Source: Aggregatilineales bacterium | GTDB lineage: Bacteria; Chloroflexota; Anaerolineae; Aggregatilineales; Phototrophicaceae | Reading direction: 5' to 3' | DNA length: 64,000 bases | Assembly (NCBI GenBank): GCA_963663435.1 | Contig: OY760398.1 | Span: 848,665-912,664, forward strand | Part shown: positions 31,500 through 43,407 of the stretch, in pieces | Numbering within the stretch: position 1 is the first letter of the stretch | How the letters are laid out: each line of letters starts with the position of its first letter | Notes under the pieces: model-generated | Seen by the model: only the letters and a program-made list of their open reading frames with translations | What the model was told of the DNA's origin: nothing | Database searches by the model: none | Translations under genes and position numbers: made by a program

Positions 31500-32313
31500 G
31501 ACCGACTCGCGGCTGGCGGCTTAAGGTTCGGGTGAGCGCGGCGGTGTCGGCCGCCTTCATAAGTGATTCGCCGACGAGAATCGCCTGCGCGCCGAGACGC
31601 CCCATGTCGCGCGCGTCAGCGGGTGTGTGTATGCCACTCTCCGCCACCAAGACCGCATCGCCCTCCACCATTGAAGCAAGCCGGCCGGTGGTGGCCAGAT
31701 CAACATGAAAGGTCTTCAAGTCTCGGTTGTTGATGCCGATCAAGTCGGCGCCCAGTTGCAGCGCCCGTTCCAGCTCCCATTCCTGGTGCACTTCGACCAG
31801 AGCCGTCATGCCGAGATCGACTGTCAGCGCATACAAGTCGGCCAACTGCGCGTCGGAGAGCGCCGCCACGATGAGCAAGATGGCGTCCGCGCCGGCTGCT
31901 CGGCCTTCGTAGACCTGGTAGGCATCAATGACGAAGTCCTTGCGCAAGAGCGGCACATCGACCGCCCGCCGAATTGCCGTCAAGTAGTCGAGGCTGCCCT
32001 GGAAGAAGTCTTCGTCCGTCAGCACCGATATGGCGGATGCGCCGTTATGCGCGTAAGCGGCCGCGGTCAGCACGGGCGCGAAGTCTTTGGCGAGCAGGCC
32101 TTTGCTGGGCGAGGCGCGTTTGACCTCGGCGATCAGGCTGACGTATTCACCTTGCAAGGCAGCGAGCATATCGCAGGCGGCGAAGGGCGCGTCAGCGGCG
32201 CGCGCGCGCATTTCGGCTTCGGGCAGGCGAACCCGGCGGACGGCAAGCTCCTCCACTTTGCGGTCGAGGATGCGGTCAAGGACCGTATCGGTGGCGACGA
32301 AGAATTGGCTCAC
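31492..32313 (-). CDS. trpC: indole-3-glycerol phosphate synthase
   Basis: LIAEVKRASPSKG, LRKDFVIDAYQ, GINNRDLKTF. Confidence 0.9.
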   Translation of the reverse strand: MSQFFVATDTVLDRILDRKVEELAVRRVRLPEAEMRARAADAPFAACDMLAALQGEYVSLIAEVKRASPSKGLLAKDFAPVLTAAAYAHNGASAISVLTDEDFFQGSLDYLTAIRRAVDVPLLRKDFVIDAYQVYEGRAAGADAILLIVAALSDAQLADLYALTVDLGMTALVEVHQEWELERALQLGADLIGINNRDLKTFHVDLATTGRLASMVEGDAVLVAESGIHTPADARDMGRLGAQAILVGESLMKAADTAALTRTLSRQPRVGHD

Positions 32314-33341
32314 GAGGCGAAACTCTGGCTCATCTCAATTAAGTTATCCAGCTTCTGCAGCGCCTGGCCGCTATTCAGGCTGTCGCGCGCCAGGACAATG
32401 CCATCGGCGATTGAGTGCGTTCGTCCGGCTGACATGATCGCGGCGCCGGCATTCAGCAGCACGATATCACGCTTGGGTCCGGTGTCGCTGCCGTCCAGTA
32501 CCGCGCGCAGGATGGCCGCGTTGGTGGGGGCGTCATCGCCCTTGAGATCGTTGATGCTGGCCATGTGGAATCCGAGCTCGGTGGGATCGACATCCAGATG
32601 CGTGATATCCCCGTCCTCTTGCAGATAGCTGATGCGGTTGGGACCGGTCACGGTCAGTTCGTCGAGGCCGCCGTAGCCGTTGACGACCATGGCCGAGGTC
32701 GTGCCTAGCGCCTTGAGCACTTGCGCCAGCAGGTCGGTCATTTCGGCAGCGAAGACGCCGATGAACATACGCTGAGCGCCGGCCGGATTGGTCAGCGGGC
32801 CAAGGATATTAAAGATGGTGCGAATGCCAAGCTCGCGCCGCGGACCGATGGCATGGCGCATGGCCGGGTGCATTTTCACGGCGAACATAAAGCCGATGCC
32901 GATCTCGTCTATGCAGCGCCCAACCTGCTCGGGGCTGAGGTCGAGGTTCAGGCCCAGCTCCGCCAGTACGTCGGCGCTGCCGCATTTGCTGGTTGCGGCC
33001 CGGTTGCCATGTTTGGCCACGGGAATGCCCGCGCCAGCAGCGACAAATGCTGATGTTGTGCTGATATTGAAGGTGCCGGATTTGTCACCGCCGGTGCCAA
33101 CCGGATCCAGCAGGTCTGAATCGACATTGGTCGGCACTTTGGCGGCTGCTTTGCGCATGGCGATGGCGCTGCCCGTGATCTCTTCGATCGATTCGCCTTT
33201 CATGCGCAGCGCCATCAGATAGGCGCCGATCTGCGCTTGAGTCGCGCCGCCGGTCATGATTTGCTCCATCACCGATTCGGCCTGCTCCACGGTCAGGTGG
33301 CCGTAGCGGCTCAGCGCGTCAATCGCTTGTTGAATATCCAT
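32310..33341 (-). CDS. trpD: anthranilate phosphoribosyltransferase
   Basis: DPVGTGGDKSGTFNISTTSAF, KHGNRAATSKCGSADVLE. Confidence 0.95.
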   Translation of the reverse strand: MDIQQAIDALSRYGHLTVEQAESVMEQIMTGGATQAQIGAYLMALRMKGESIEEITGSAIAMRKAAAKVPTNVDSDLLDPVGTGGDKSGTFNISTTSAFVAAGAGIPVAKHGNRAATSKCGSADVLAELGLNLDLSPEQVGRCIDEIGIGFMFAVKMHPAMRHAIGPRRELGIRTIFNILGPLTNPAGAQRMFIGVFAAEMTDLLAQVLKALGTTSAMVVNGYGGLDELTVTGPNRISYLQEDGDITHLDVDPTELGFHMASINDLKGDDAPTNAAILRAVLDGSDTGPKRDIVLLNAGAAIMSAGRTHSIADGIVLARDSLNSGQALQKLDNLIEMSQSFAS

Positions 33342-33360
33342 GAAGTCGTCCTTTGCCGCC

Positions 33361-33948
33361 CTAGTTTTCGATTAGTTCCATCGGCTGGTAGCTCAGAAAG
33401 TTGCCCAGCATCTGCATTCCATGATAAGTCAAAATGCTCTCCGGGTGAAATTGGACGCCGATAACCGGATGCTCTTTATGGCGTATGCCCATGATTTCGC
33501 CCGTGGCCGTCCGCGCTGTGACCATCAGGCAATCCGGCAGCGTCTCTTCCTCCACTATTAAGCTGTGATAGCGGGTCGCTTCAAAGGGATTGGGGACATC
33601 GGACATGATGGTATCGCCGTCGTGGTAGATCATGCTGGTCTTGCCATGCATCAGTTCGGGCGCATGCACGACTACGCCCCCGTAGGCCTCGCCGATGGCT
33701 TGATGGCCCAGGCAAATGCCGAGCAGCGGGATCTGCGAGCCCAGCTGGCGGATGACATCCAGCGACACGCCCGCGTCAATCGGGAAGCCTGGCCCGGGCG
33801 AGATCACGATGCGGTCCGGCGCCAGACGGCGGATCTCATCGACCGTGATTTTGTCATTGCGATACACGGTCAAGTCCGCGCCCAGCTCGCCTAATTCCTG
33901 CACCACGTTATAAGTGAAGCTATCGTAATTGTCGATCACTAGAATCAT
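33361..33948 (-). CDS. trpG: anthranilate synthase component II (glutamine amidotransferase)
   Basis: ATG 33948 preceded by [33 protein letters not shown] triad motifs. Confidence 0.9.
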   Translation of the reverse strand: MILVIDNYDSFTYNVVQELGELGADLTVYRNDKITVDEIRRLAPDRIVISPGPGFPIDAGVSLDVIRQLGSQIPLLGICLGHQAIGEAYGGVVVHAPELMHGKTSMIYHDGDTIMSDVPNPFEATRYHSLIVEEETLPDCLMVTARTATGEIMGIRHKEHPVIGVQFHPESILTYHGMQMLGNFLSYQPMELIEN

Positions 33949-34064
33949 GTTTGCTCCTCGATTCGGTCGCCTATACGGCTTGTGCGGCACTCGAAATCCT
34001 ATGTCGATACGGATGGACGCAACAAGTCAGGGCAGACGCCGCGCTCATACTGATTTCTGACACT

Positions 34065-34233
34065 CTTGCCACCGAGTACACAGAGTAACTTTGAGGGCAC
34101 AGAGAGGGATAACGGGAAATACGGCGGTTGGTCGGGTCAAGGTCGATCTCCAGCTTAGCCGAATCTCAATATCGAAAATAATGATACCCGTCCTCTGTGT
34201 CCTCGGTTTCACTCTGTGTCCTCGGTGGCAAAG
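34065..34233. repeat. family-A MITE-like element, copy A3, inside the trpE-trpG intergenic gap
   Basis: Left end CTTGCCACCGAGTACACAGAGTAACTTTGAGGGCACAGAGAGG. The reverse complement of the right end is CTTTGCCACCGAGGACACAGAGTGAAACCGAGGACACAGAGG. The core shares GGGAAATAYGGCSGTTGGTCGRGTCAAG with copy A6. Confidence 0.8.
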
Positions 34234-34275
34234 GTGTCGTAATCACGCCAATGTCGAAAGCCCTCCGCCGTCGTG

Positions 34276-34295
34276 ACAGTACCGGGCACGCCTTA
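34276..34295 (-). repeat. family-C 20-nt motif (consensus TAAGGCTTGTCCGGTACTGT), copy abutting the trpE stop
   Basis: Minus strand reads TAAGGCGTGCCCGGTACTGT (18/20). The TAA is the trpE stop codon. Confidence 0.7.
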
Positions 34296-35816
34296 CATCA
34301 AGCCGCTTTCGGCATATTTGACCGCTTCGAATACCGCCTTGGCCTTGTTGATCGTCTCGTGGTATTCGGCGGTGGGGTCGCTATCCGCCACGATGCCGCC
34401 GCCGGCCTGCACGCTGATCGTGCCCTTCTGCATCAGCAGCGTGCGGATGGTAATGCACATATCCATTGAGCCGTCGAAACTGAAATAGCCCACCGCGCCG
34501 CCATAGGGACCGCGCCGCGTCTCTTCAAGCTCTTCAATGATTTCCATGGCCCGCACCTTGGGCGCGCCGCTCAACGTGCCGGCCGGGAAGGTGGCGCGCA
34601 GCAGGTCGAAGGCGTCCATGCCTTGGCGCAGTACGCCCTCAACCTGGCTGGTGATGTGCATGACATGCGAGTAACGCTCGACGTACATCATCTTCTTGAC
34701 CCGCACCGTGCCATAATCGCAGACGCGCCCGAGGTCGTTGCGTCCCAGGTCGACCAGCATGACGTGTTCGGCGCGCTCCTTGGGATCGTTAAGCAGCTCT
34801 TCTTCAAGCGCGCGGTCTTCTTTTTCATTGGCGCCGCGATGCCGTGTGCCGGCCAAGGGTCGATTGTAGGCAATGCCGTCTTCCAGGCGCACCAGCATTT
34901 CCGGCGAAGCGCCCACCAGCGTCAAGTCATCGCTGAACTCGAGCAAGAACATGTAGGGCGACGGATTGGTGGCGCGCAGGGCGCGGTATATCTGCAAGGG
35001 GCTGGCTTCGGTCTGGCGACTGAAACGCTGCGCGAGGACAATCTGAAAGGCGTCGCCATCGCGGATGTACGCTTTGGCGCGGCGCACGCGGTCTTCGTGC
35101 ACGGCCTGCTCCACATTGGAGCGCGGGTCGCTGGACAGGTTGCCGCTCGGTTGATCGTAAGCATCATGAGCCAGCGGCCGCGACAGGGCTGCGACCAAAG
35201 CGTCAATGCTGGCCACGGCGCGGTCATAAGCCGCATCGGGATCGTCGCCGGTATTGTGCGCGTTGGCCAGGACCGTCAGTTGGTGCATGGCATGGTCGAA
35301 GATCACCAAGGTGTCCGGCAACATAAAGGCGACCGTCGGCACAGCCAGGTCGTCGCTGGCGGTGGCGGGCAGCTCCTCAAAGTAGCGCACGATGTCATAA
35401 GACATATAGCCAACGGCGCCCCCTACCAGGCGCGGCAAACCCTCCAGCGCTACCGGGTTCACCGTTTGAAAGTGACGCTTGATGACATGCAGCGGGTCTT
35501 GCCCTTCGGGAATGGCGAATTTGGTGGACTGCCCGTCTCGCTCGAAGCTCGCTATATTGTCCTTGACAGTTATTAGTCCTTTGGGGTTCACGCCGATGAA
35601 AGAGTAGCGTCCGACTTGTTCGCCGCCTTCGACGCTCTCCAGCAGAAAGGCCGGCGCCCCCGCTTCTTTCAGTTTCATATAGACCGACACCGGCGTTTCC
35701 AGGTCGGCTATCAGCGTCCGATAGACCGGGACGTGGTCGCCTTGCTCAAAGTGCTGATAGATTTCAGCGCGCGAAGGCTTGATATCGGTTCGTTCCGCTT
35801 GCATCGTTCCTAGCAT
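34293..35816 (-). CDS. trpE: anthranilate synthase component I
   Basis: LLESVEGGEQVGRYSFIG, GTLSGAPKVRAMEIIEELE, GGGIVADSDP. Confidence 0.95.
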   Translation of the reverse strand: MLGTMQAERTDIKPSRAEIYQHFEQGDHVPVYRTLIADLETPVSVYMKLKEAGAPAFLLESVEGGEQVGRYSFIGVNPKGLITVKDNIASFERDGQSTKFAIPEGQDPLHVIKRHFQTVNPVALEGLPRLVGGAVGYMSYDIVRYFEELPATASDDLAVPTVAFMLPDTLVIFDHAMHQLTVLANAHNTGDDPDAAYDRAVASIDALVAALSRPLAHDAYDQPSGNLSSDPRSNVEQAVHEDRVRRAKAYIRDGDAFQIVLAQRFSRQTEASPLQIYRALRATNPSPYMFLLEFSDDLTLVGASPEMLVRLEDGIAYNRPLAGTRHRGANEKEDRALEEELLNDPKERAEHVMLVDLGRNDLGRVCDYGTVRVKKMMYVERYSHVMHITSQVEGVLRQGMDAFDLLRATFPAGTLSGAPKVRAMEIIEELEETRRGPYGGAVGYFSFDGSMDMCITIRTLLMQKGTISVQAGGGIVADSDPTAEYHETINKAKAVFEAVKYAESGLM

Positions 35817-35830
35817 GCCTAGCCCCCTGG

Positions 35831-36105
35831 TAAATCAAAAGAACCCAAATCATCCGACCAAGGACGAGAAGGGTTCCCGCGGTGCCACCTTGATTACCCG
35901 CCGGAGCGGGTCGCTTAACAGATACGGACCTAGGGTCGATATCCCGCGCTGCTAACGGTGCGCACTCCGTCGCAAGCTAATCGGCTGCCCTTTCACCTGC
36001 GCGACTCCCCAGCCCATTCGGCATCTCTGCGTGTATCGCCTTCCCAGCTTCCGGCGACTCTCTGAACCGCAGGACGATGCGTACTACTCTGGTTCACAGT
36101 CTTTC
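35831..36105 (-). promoter_or_regulatory. T-box riboswitch leader (Trp specifier UGG) with intrinsic terminator
   Basis: On the minus strand: AGAGAG box; GAA-UGG-G specifier context (UGG = plus 36013-36015); F-box CCGUUA. T-box sequence AAUCAAGGUGGCACCGCGGGAA (plus 35873-35894). Terminator GAACCC..UCGUCC-UUGGUC-GGAUGA..GGGUUC followed by UUUUGAUUU (35831-35877). Confidence 0.8.
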
Positions 36106-36123
36106 TTTGTATTCACTTGCCGA

Positions 36124-36152
36124 TATGCTAGCGTGAATGCGCCGCTCTGTCA
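36124..36152 (-). promoter_or_regulatory. putative sigma70-type promoter of the trp operon
   Basis: Minus strand TTGACA (36152-36147), 17-nt spacer, TAGCAT (36129-36124), just upstream of the T-box leader. Confidence 0.45.
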
Positions 36153-36196
36153 AGCGCAGTTTGGCTGGGTCCAGAGCAATCGGATCAATTTATTTT

Positions 36197-36367
36197 AACC
36201 ACAGAGACCACAGAGGGCACAGAGATTGGGGGTTCGGACGACTACACGAAGCACTTGGTAGGTTAGTATATGGCAAGTATCACCGAAATAACATCGTAAA
36301 TCTCTCGTGGATTATGAATTGGGCTTTCATTATTGTTTTTCTCTGTGCTCTCTGTGGTCTCTGTGTT
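36197..36367. repeat. family-A MITE-like element, copy A4
   Basis: Left arm AACCACAGAGACCACAGAGGGCACAGAGA. The reverse complement of the right arm is AACACAGAGACCACAGAGAGCACAGAGA. AT-rich core. Tracked ORF 36137..36370 (HRDHRGHRD) is just its translation. Confidence 0.8.
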
Positions 36368-36443
36368 TGATTTTCCCGTCAAATCTGCGCCATTTCACTG
36401 ACTATCGCTTTGATGCGATTGCCATGCCTAAAGCCAAACCGCC

Positions 36444-36472
36444 TTCAAGCGCGCCTGAAATTCTGGTATACT
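36444..36472 (+). promoter_or_regulatory. putative promoter of polX
   Basis: TTCAAG (36444-36449), 17 nt, TATACT (36467-36472) with TG two nt upstream. AGGAG SD before TTG start 36521. Confidence 0.4.
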
Positions 36473-36520
36473 AATCTCGAATATGCGTTCTAAAATCGCC
36501 ACGAGCATCAGGAGTTCAAA

Positions 36521-38272
36521 TTGAGCCTCAGCAACCGAGAGATGGCCGATATTTTTGCGCGCTGCGCCGATATGCTGCAGATACGCGGCGACAATATTCA
36601 CCGCGTGCTGTCGTATCGCCGGGCGGCCGAGACGATCCGCGCCGTGCCCCGCGATCTGCGCGTGATTTCAAGCGAAGGCGCGCTGACCGATCTCAGCTAT
36701 ATCGGCAAAACGATCGCCGCCAAAATCGATGAAATGCTGGAAACCGACCAGTTGGAATTTTACGAGCGCCTTAAGGCCGATGTGCCCGAAGGCTTGGTCG
36801 ACATTATGCACATCAACGGCGTAGGCCCGAAGAAAGCCAAGCTGTTTTGGGAGCAGCTCGATATCACGTCGGTGGACGCGTTGCAGAGCGCTGCTGAGGC
36901 CGGCAAGCTGGCTGCATTGGCCGGAATGGGCGCTAAAAGCCAGCAGAAGATTCTCGATGGCATCGAGGCGCTCTCGCGCCAGACCGGTCGAGAATCCATA
37001 GGCGAGGCCTTGCCCGCGGCGCAGCGGATTCTGGAGCATCTGCTGGAATTGCCGGAAGCGCAGGAGGGCGCGCTGGCCGGCAGCATCCGCCGCGGACGCG
37101 AGACGATCGGCGATGTCGATATTTTGATCGCCGGCGATGATTCCGGGCCCATCATGCAGCGCTTCGTGACCATGGAGAATGTGGGCCGCGTGCTCGGGCA
37201 TGGGCCGACCAAGAGCTCGGTCGAGCTGCTTTCGGGCTTGCAAGTTGACGTGCGCGTACTGGAAAAAGCGCGCTGGGGCACGGCGCTCAATTATTTTACC
37301 GGCAGCCTGGCGCACAATGTCAAGATGCGGCAGATCGCGCTTGACCAGGGGCTCAGCCTCAACGAGCACGCCCTCAGCCCGGTGGACGACGACAAGAATA
37401 TCATCGAATCCGCCGAGAAGATCTTGTGCGACAGCGAAGAGAAAGTGTATGCGACGCTGGGCCTGCAATATGTGCCGCCGGAGTTGCGCGAAGACAGCGG
37501 CGAAATCGAAGCGGCGCGCGAGGGAAGCCTGCCCGAACTGATTACCCAAGACGACATCATCGCCGACCTGCACATGCACAGCACCTGGAGCGACGGCAAG
37601 CACAGCATCCGCGAGATGGTCGAGGCCTGTATTCAGCGCGGCCTGCGCGTTATCGCCATCACCGACCACTCGCGCAGCTTGGGCATCGCTAACGGGCTGA
37701 GCATCGAAAGGCTGCTGGCGCAAGCCGAAGAAGTGCGCCGCTTGAATGCGGAAATTGGCGGCCAAATCGAAGTGTTGGCCGGCACTGAAATGGATATCAA
37801 AGCCGATGGTAGCCTGGATTATCCGGATGAGATTTTGGCGCAGATGGATTTCGTCATCGCGTCGCTGCACTCCGGCTTGCAGCAGAAGCGCCCGCAAGTG
37901 ACCGAGCGCCTGCTGAACGCCATTCGCAACCCGCATGTCGATATGATCGGGCACCCCTCGGCGCGGCAATTCCCCAATCGCGAAGGCGTTGACGCCGATT
38001 GGGACGCTGTATTAGCCGCCGCCAAGGAGCACGATACCATATTGGAAATCAACGCCAATCCGCTGCGCCTGGACCTGAAACCGGAGTTGGCGCGACTGGC
38101 GAAAGATCTGGGCGTGCTGCTGGCTATCAATACGGACGCGCATCAGATCGAGCATCTGGCCCTGATGGACTACGGCGTGACTATTGCCCGGCGCGCCTGG
38201 GTGGAACCGGAGCATGTTGTCAACACCTGGACATTTGAGCGATTTCAGCAATGGCTAAGCGCTCGCCCTTAA
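36521..38272 (+). CDS. polX: family X DNA polymerase with C-terminal PHP phosphoesterase domain
   Basis: HhH N-terminus, GSIRRGRETIGDVDIL nucleotidyltransferase motif, then PHP domain (DLHMHSTWSDG, ITDHS). Confidence 0.9.
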   Translation: MSLSNREMADIFARCADMLQIRGDNIHRVLSYRRAAETIRAVPRDLRVISSEGALTDLSYIGKTIAAKIDEMLETDQLEFYERLKADVPEGLVDIMHINGVGPKKAKLFWEQLDITSVDALQSAAEAGKLAALAGMGAKSQQKILDGIEALSRQTGRESIGEALPAAQRILEHLLELPEAQEGALAGSIRRGRETIGDVDILIAGDDSGPIMQRFVTMENVGRVLGHGPTKSSVELLSGLQVDVRVLEKARWGTALNYFTGSLAHNVKMRQIALDQGLSLNEHALSPVDDDKNIIESAEKILCDSEEKVYATLGLQYVPPELREDSGEIEAAREGSLPELITQDDIIADLHMHSTWSDGKHSIREMVEACIQRGLRVIAITDHSRSLGIANGLSIERLLAQAEEVRRLNAEIGGQIEVLAGTEMDIKADGSLDYPDEILAQMDFVIASLHSGLQQKRPQVTERLLNAIRNPHVDMIGHPSARQFPNREGVDADWDAVLAAAKEHDTILEINANPLRLDLKPELARLAKDLGVLLAINTDAHQIEHLALMDYGVTIARRAWVEPEHVVNTWTFERFQQWLSARP

Positions 38273-38291
38273 AGCGGGTCGGTAGGCCGAC

Positions 38292-41248
<2,957 letters not shown>

Positions 41249-41273
41249 GAGCTGGAATACAAATGGCGCTATC

Positions 41274-42494
41274 GTGACTGAAGGTGTGGTAGGGATCAAG
41301 CGCGGGCGCGAGAAGCCCATCCGCAATCAACATCCCTGGATATACTCCGGCGCCATCAGCCAGGCCGAAAACGCCGCCGACGGCGAACTGGTCAGCGTCG
41401 TCGACCACAAGGGCCGTTTCCTCGCTCGCGGCTATTGGAATTCGCAATCGCAAATCCAGGCGCGCATCATGACCTGGCGCGACGAAGACATCGGCGCCGA
41501 TTGGTGGCGGAAGATGCTGTCCCGCGCCGTCAGCTTGCGCGCAACTCACCTGACCCATGCCGAGAATGCCGCGTACCGTTTGCTCAATGCCGAGAACGAC
41601 TTTGTGCCTGGTTTGATCATCGACCGCTACGCCGACTGGTACGTTCTGCAAGCCTTGACCCGTTTCATTGACCAGCAGAAATCGGCGATCGCGGCGGCGC
41701 TGGCTGATGCAACGGGCGCGCGGAATATCTACGAACGCAGCGATGTCGAGGCGCGCAAGCACGAGGGCCTGCAACCGGCAAAAGGGCTGCTGTGGGGAGG
41801 ACCGCTGCCCGATGTCGTGGATATTGACGAGGGCGCGCGCTATCTGGTGGACATCAAGAACGGACAGAAGACCGGCTTTTATCTCGATCAGCGGGACAAT
41901 CGGCAGCTGCTGCGCGATCTGATTCGGCGCCGCCGCGCGGAATCCCGCGAACGCGTCAAGCTCCTGAATCTTTTCAGCTACACTGGCGGATTCGCGCTGG
42001 CCGCCGGTCAATTCGGCGAGTTGCATTCGGTCAATGTGGATGCGTCGCGCCCGGCGCTCGAATTGGCGGAGCGCAATTTCCAGCTCAATGGTTACGACGA
42101 GAAAATGCATGGCGAAACGGCCGAGTTCATCCAAGCCGATGCCTTCGATTATTTGCATTACTGCGTGCGTGAGAACGAAACTTTCGACTTCGTTGTGCTG
42201 GACCCGCCCAAGCTGGCACAGCACAAGTCTCAGACGCAGCGCGCCGCCCGCGGTTACAAGCATCTGAATCTCAGCGCTTTCAAGCTGATCAAAGCAGGCG
42301 GCTACCTGATGACCTTCTCCTGCTCCGGCGCCATCAGCCGGGATTTGTTCCAGAAGATCGTCTTTGGCGCGCTGGCGGATTCCGGCCGGCAGGCGCAGAT
42401 TGTCCGCCACCTGTCGGCTGCCGCGGACCATCCGGTTGCGCTGACATTTCCCGAGGGCGAGTACCTCAAGGGCTTGCTGCTGCGGGTATTCTGA
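41274..42494 (+). CDS. rlmI: class I SAM-dependent rRNA (cytosine-C5) methyltransferase, RlmI-like (PUA + MTase)
   Basis: GTG 41274 is the first in-frame start after the ligA stop. HPWIYSGAI PUA-type N-terminus, KTGFYLDQRDNR, VLDPPK. The ORF-track start 41145 lies inside ligA. Confidence 0.85.
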   Translation: MTEGVVGIKRGREKPIRNQHPWIYSGAISQAENAADGELVSVVDHKGRFLARGYWNSQSQIQARIMTWRDEDIGADWWRKMLSRAVSLRATHLTHAENAAYRLLNAENDFVPGLIIDRYADWYVLQALTRFIDQQKSAIAAALADATGARNIYERSDVEARKHEGLQPAKGLLWGGPLPDVVDIDEGARYLVDIKNGQKTGFYLDQRDNRQLLRDLIRRRRAESRERVKLLNLFSYTGGFALAAGQFGELHSVNVDASRPALELAERNFQLNGYDEKMHGETAEFIQADAFDYLHYCVRENETFDFVVLDPPKLAQHKSQTQRAARGYKHLNLSAFKLIKAGGYLMTFSCSGAISRDLFQKIVFGALADSGRQAQIVRHLSAAADHPVALTFPEGEYLKGLLLRVF

Positions 42495-42526
42495 CGCGAG
42501 CCGCTTTTACTACAGGCGCGGCGGAG

Positions 42527-43345
42527 CTAGCGCTTGCCGGTCCAGGCGGGGTTGCCAAATTTGTCGCGGACGAATGCTTCGGTTTCGGCTTCCTCAGCTG
42601 CTGACAAAGCGCCGGGCGCCATGTCCAGCCCCAGCGCATCGGCAAAGCCGGATTCCAGGGCGGCAGCCGCCTCATCCCATGAGGGCTCGCGTCCCAGGGC
42701 TTGCGACAGCGTAAGGGCTCGCTGCCGCGTGCGGAGCTTCTGCGCTTCCCGCTCCGCCGCCGACTCGAAGCTGAGCACGTCGCAAATCCGCGCCACATCG
42801 CCGCGGAGCGGGATCGTGCCATGCTGCAGCATCACGGCTTTGCGACGCAGTTGCGCGCTGCCAATCAGCTTGCGGCCGTCGAAGAGAATCTCATAATGCG
42901 ACGGCTGCACAAAACATACCGGCCCGGCATACTCGCTGGACGCGCTTTCATCGATTGGATTGGCCGTCGCGCGCAGCCCGAGACAGTCCAGGGCGCGCAG
43001 CAAACCAACGCTTATCCTGCGATAACTTGCGACAATGTCGCCGCCGGCCAACGGGTGATCAAGGGGCAGGCAAAGGCTGTAGGTCAATTCATCGCCGTGC
43101 AGAATCGCCTTGCCGCCGGTGGGCCGCCGCACCAAATCCCAGCCTCGTCGGCGCAGCGTCTCGTTATCGGCATCGCGCGCGCGCTGCCCGTAGCCGAGTG
43201 AAAGGCAAAATGGCTTCCATCCGTAGAGCCGCAGGGTTGGGGGCTGGACTCCGGAGCCGACCGCCTGCGCAATGGCACTGTCCACCGCCATGTTGCGGGC
43301 GCCGTCTTTGAAGTCTGATTCTCGTATCCTGCGCGTTTGCCGCAT
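42527..43345 (-). CDS. lipoate-protein ligase/octanoyltransferase family protein (BPL/LPL catalytic domain)
   Basis: NMAVDSAI...PPTLRLYGW, RRPTGGKAILH, GSAQLRRK motifs of the LplA/LipM family. Confidence 0.8.
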   Translation of the reverse strand: MRQTRRIRESDFKDGARNMAVDSAIAQAVGSGVQPPTLRLYGWKPFCLSLGYGQRARDADNETLRRRGWDLVRRPTGGKAILHGDELTYSLCLPLDHPLAGGDIVASYRRISVGLLRALDCLGLRATANPIDESASSEYAGPVCFVQPSHYEILFDGRKLIGSAQLRRKAVMLQHGTIPLRGDVARICDVLSFESAAEREAQKLRTRQRALTLSQALGREPSWDEAAAALESGFADALGLDMAPGALSAAEEAETEAFVRDKFGNPAWTGKR

Positions 43346-43407
43346 TCTGTGACCTTGCCTATACTGTCACTTAGCGTCCAATCGTGTAGCCATGGAAACG
43401 GCACGGA

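Noticed and set aside
36137-36370. 77-aa ORF with HRDHRGHRD and LCALCGLCV repeats
   Set aside because: It is simply the translation of the two arms of family-A copy A4. It has no SD, and the same artefact appears at other copies (e.g. 34091..34276, 58481..58804).
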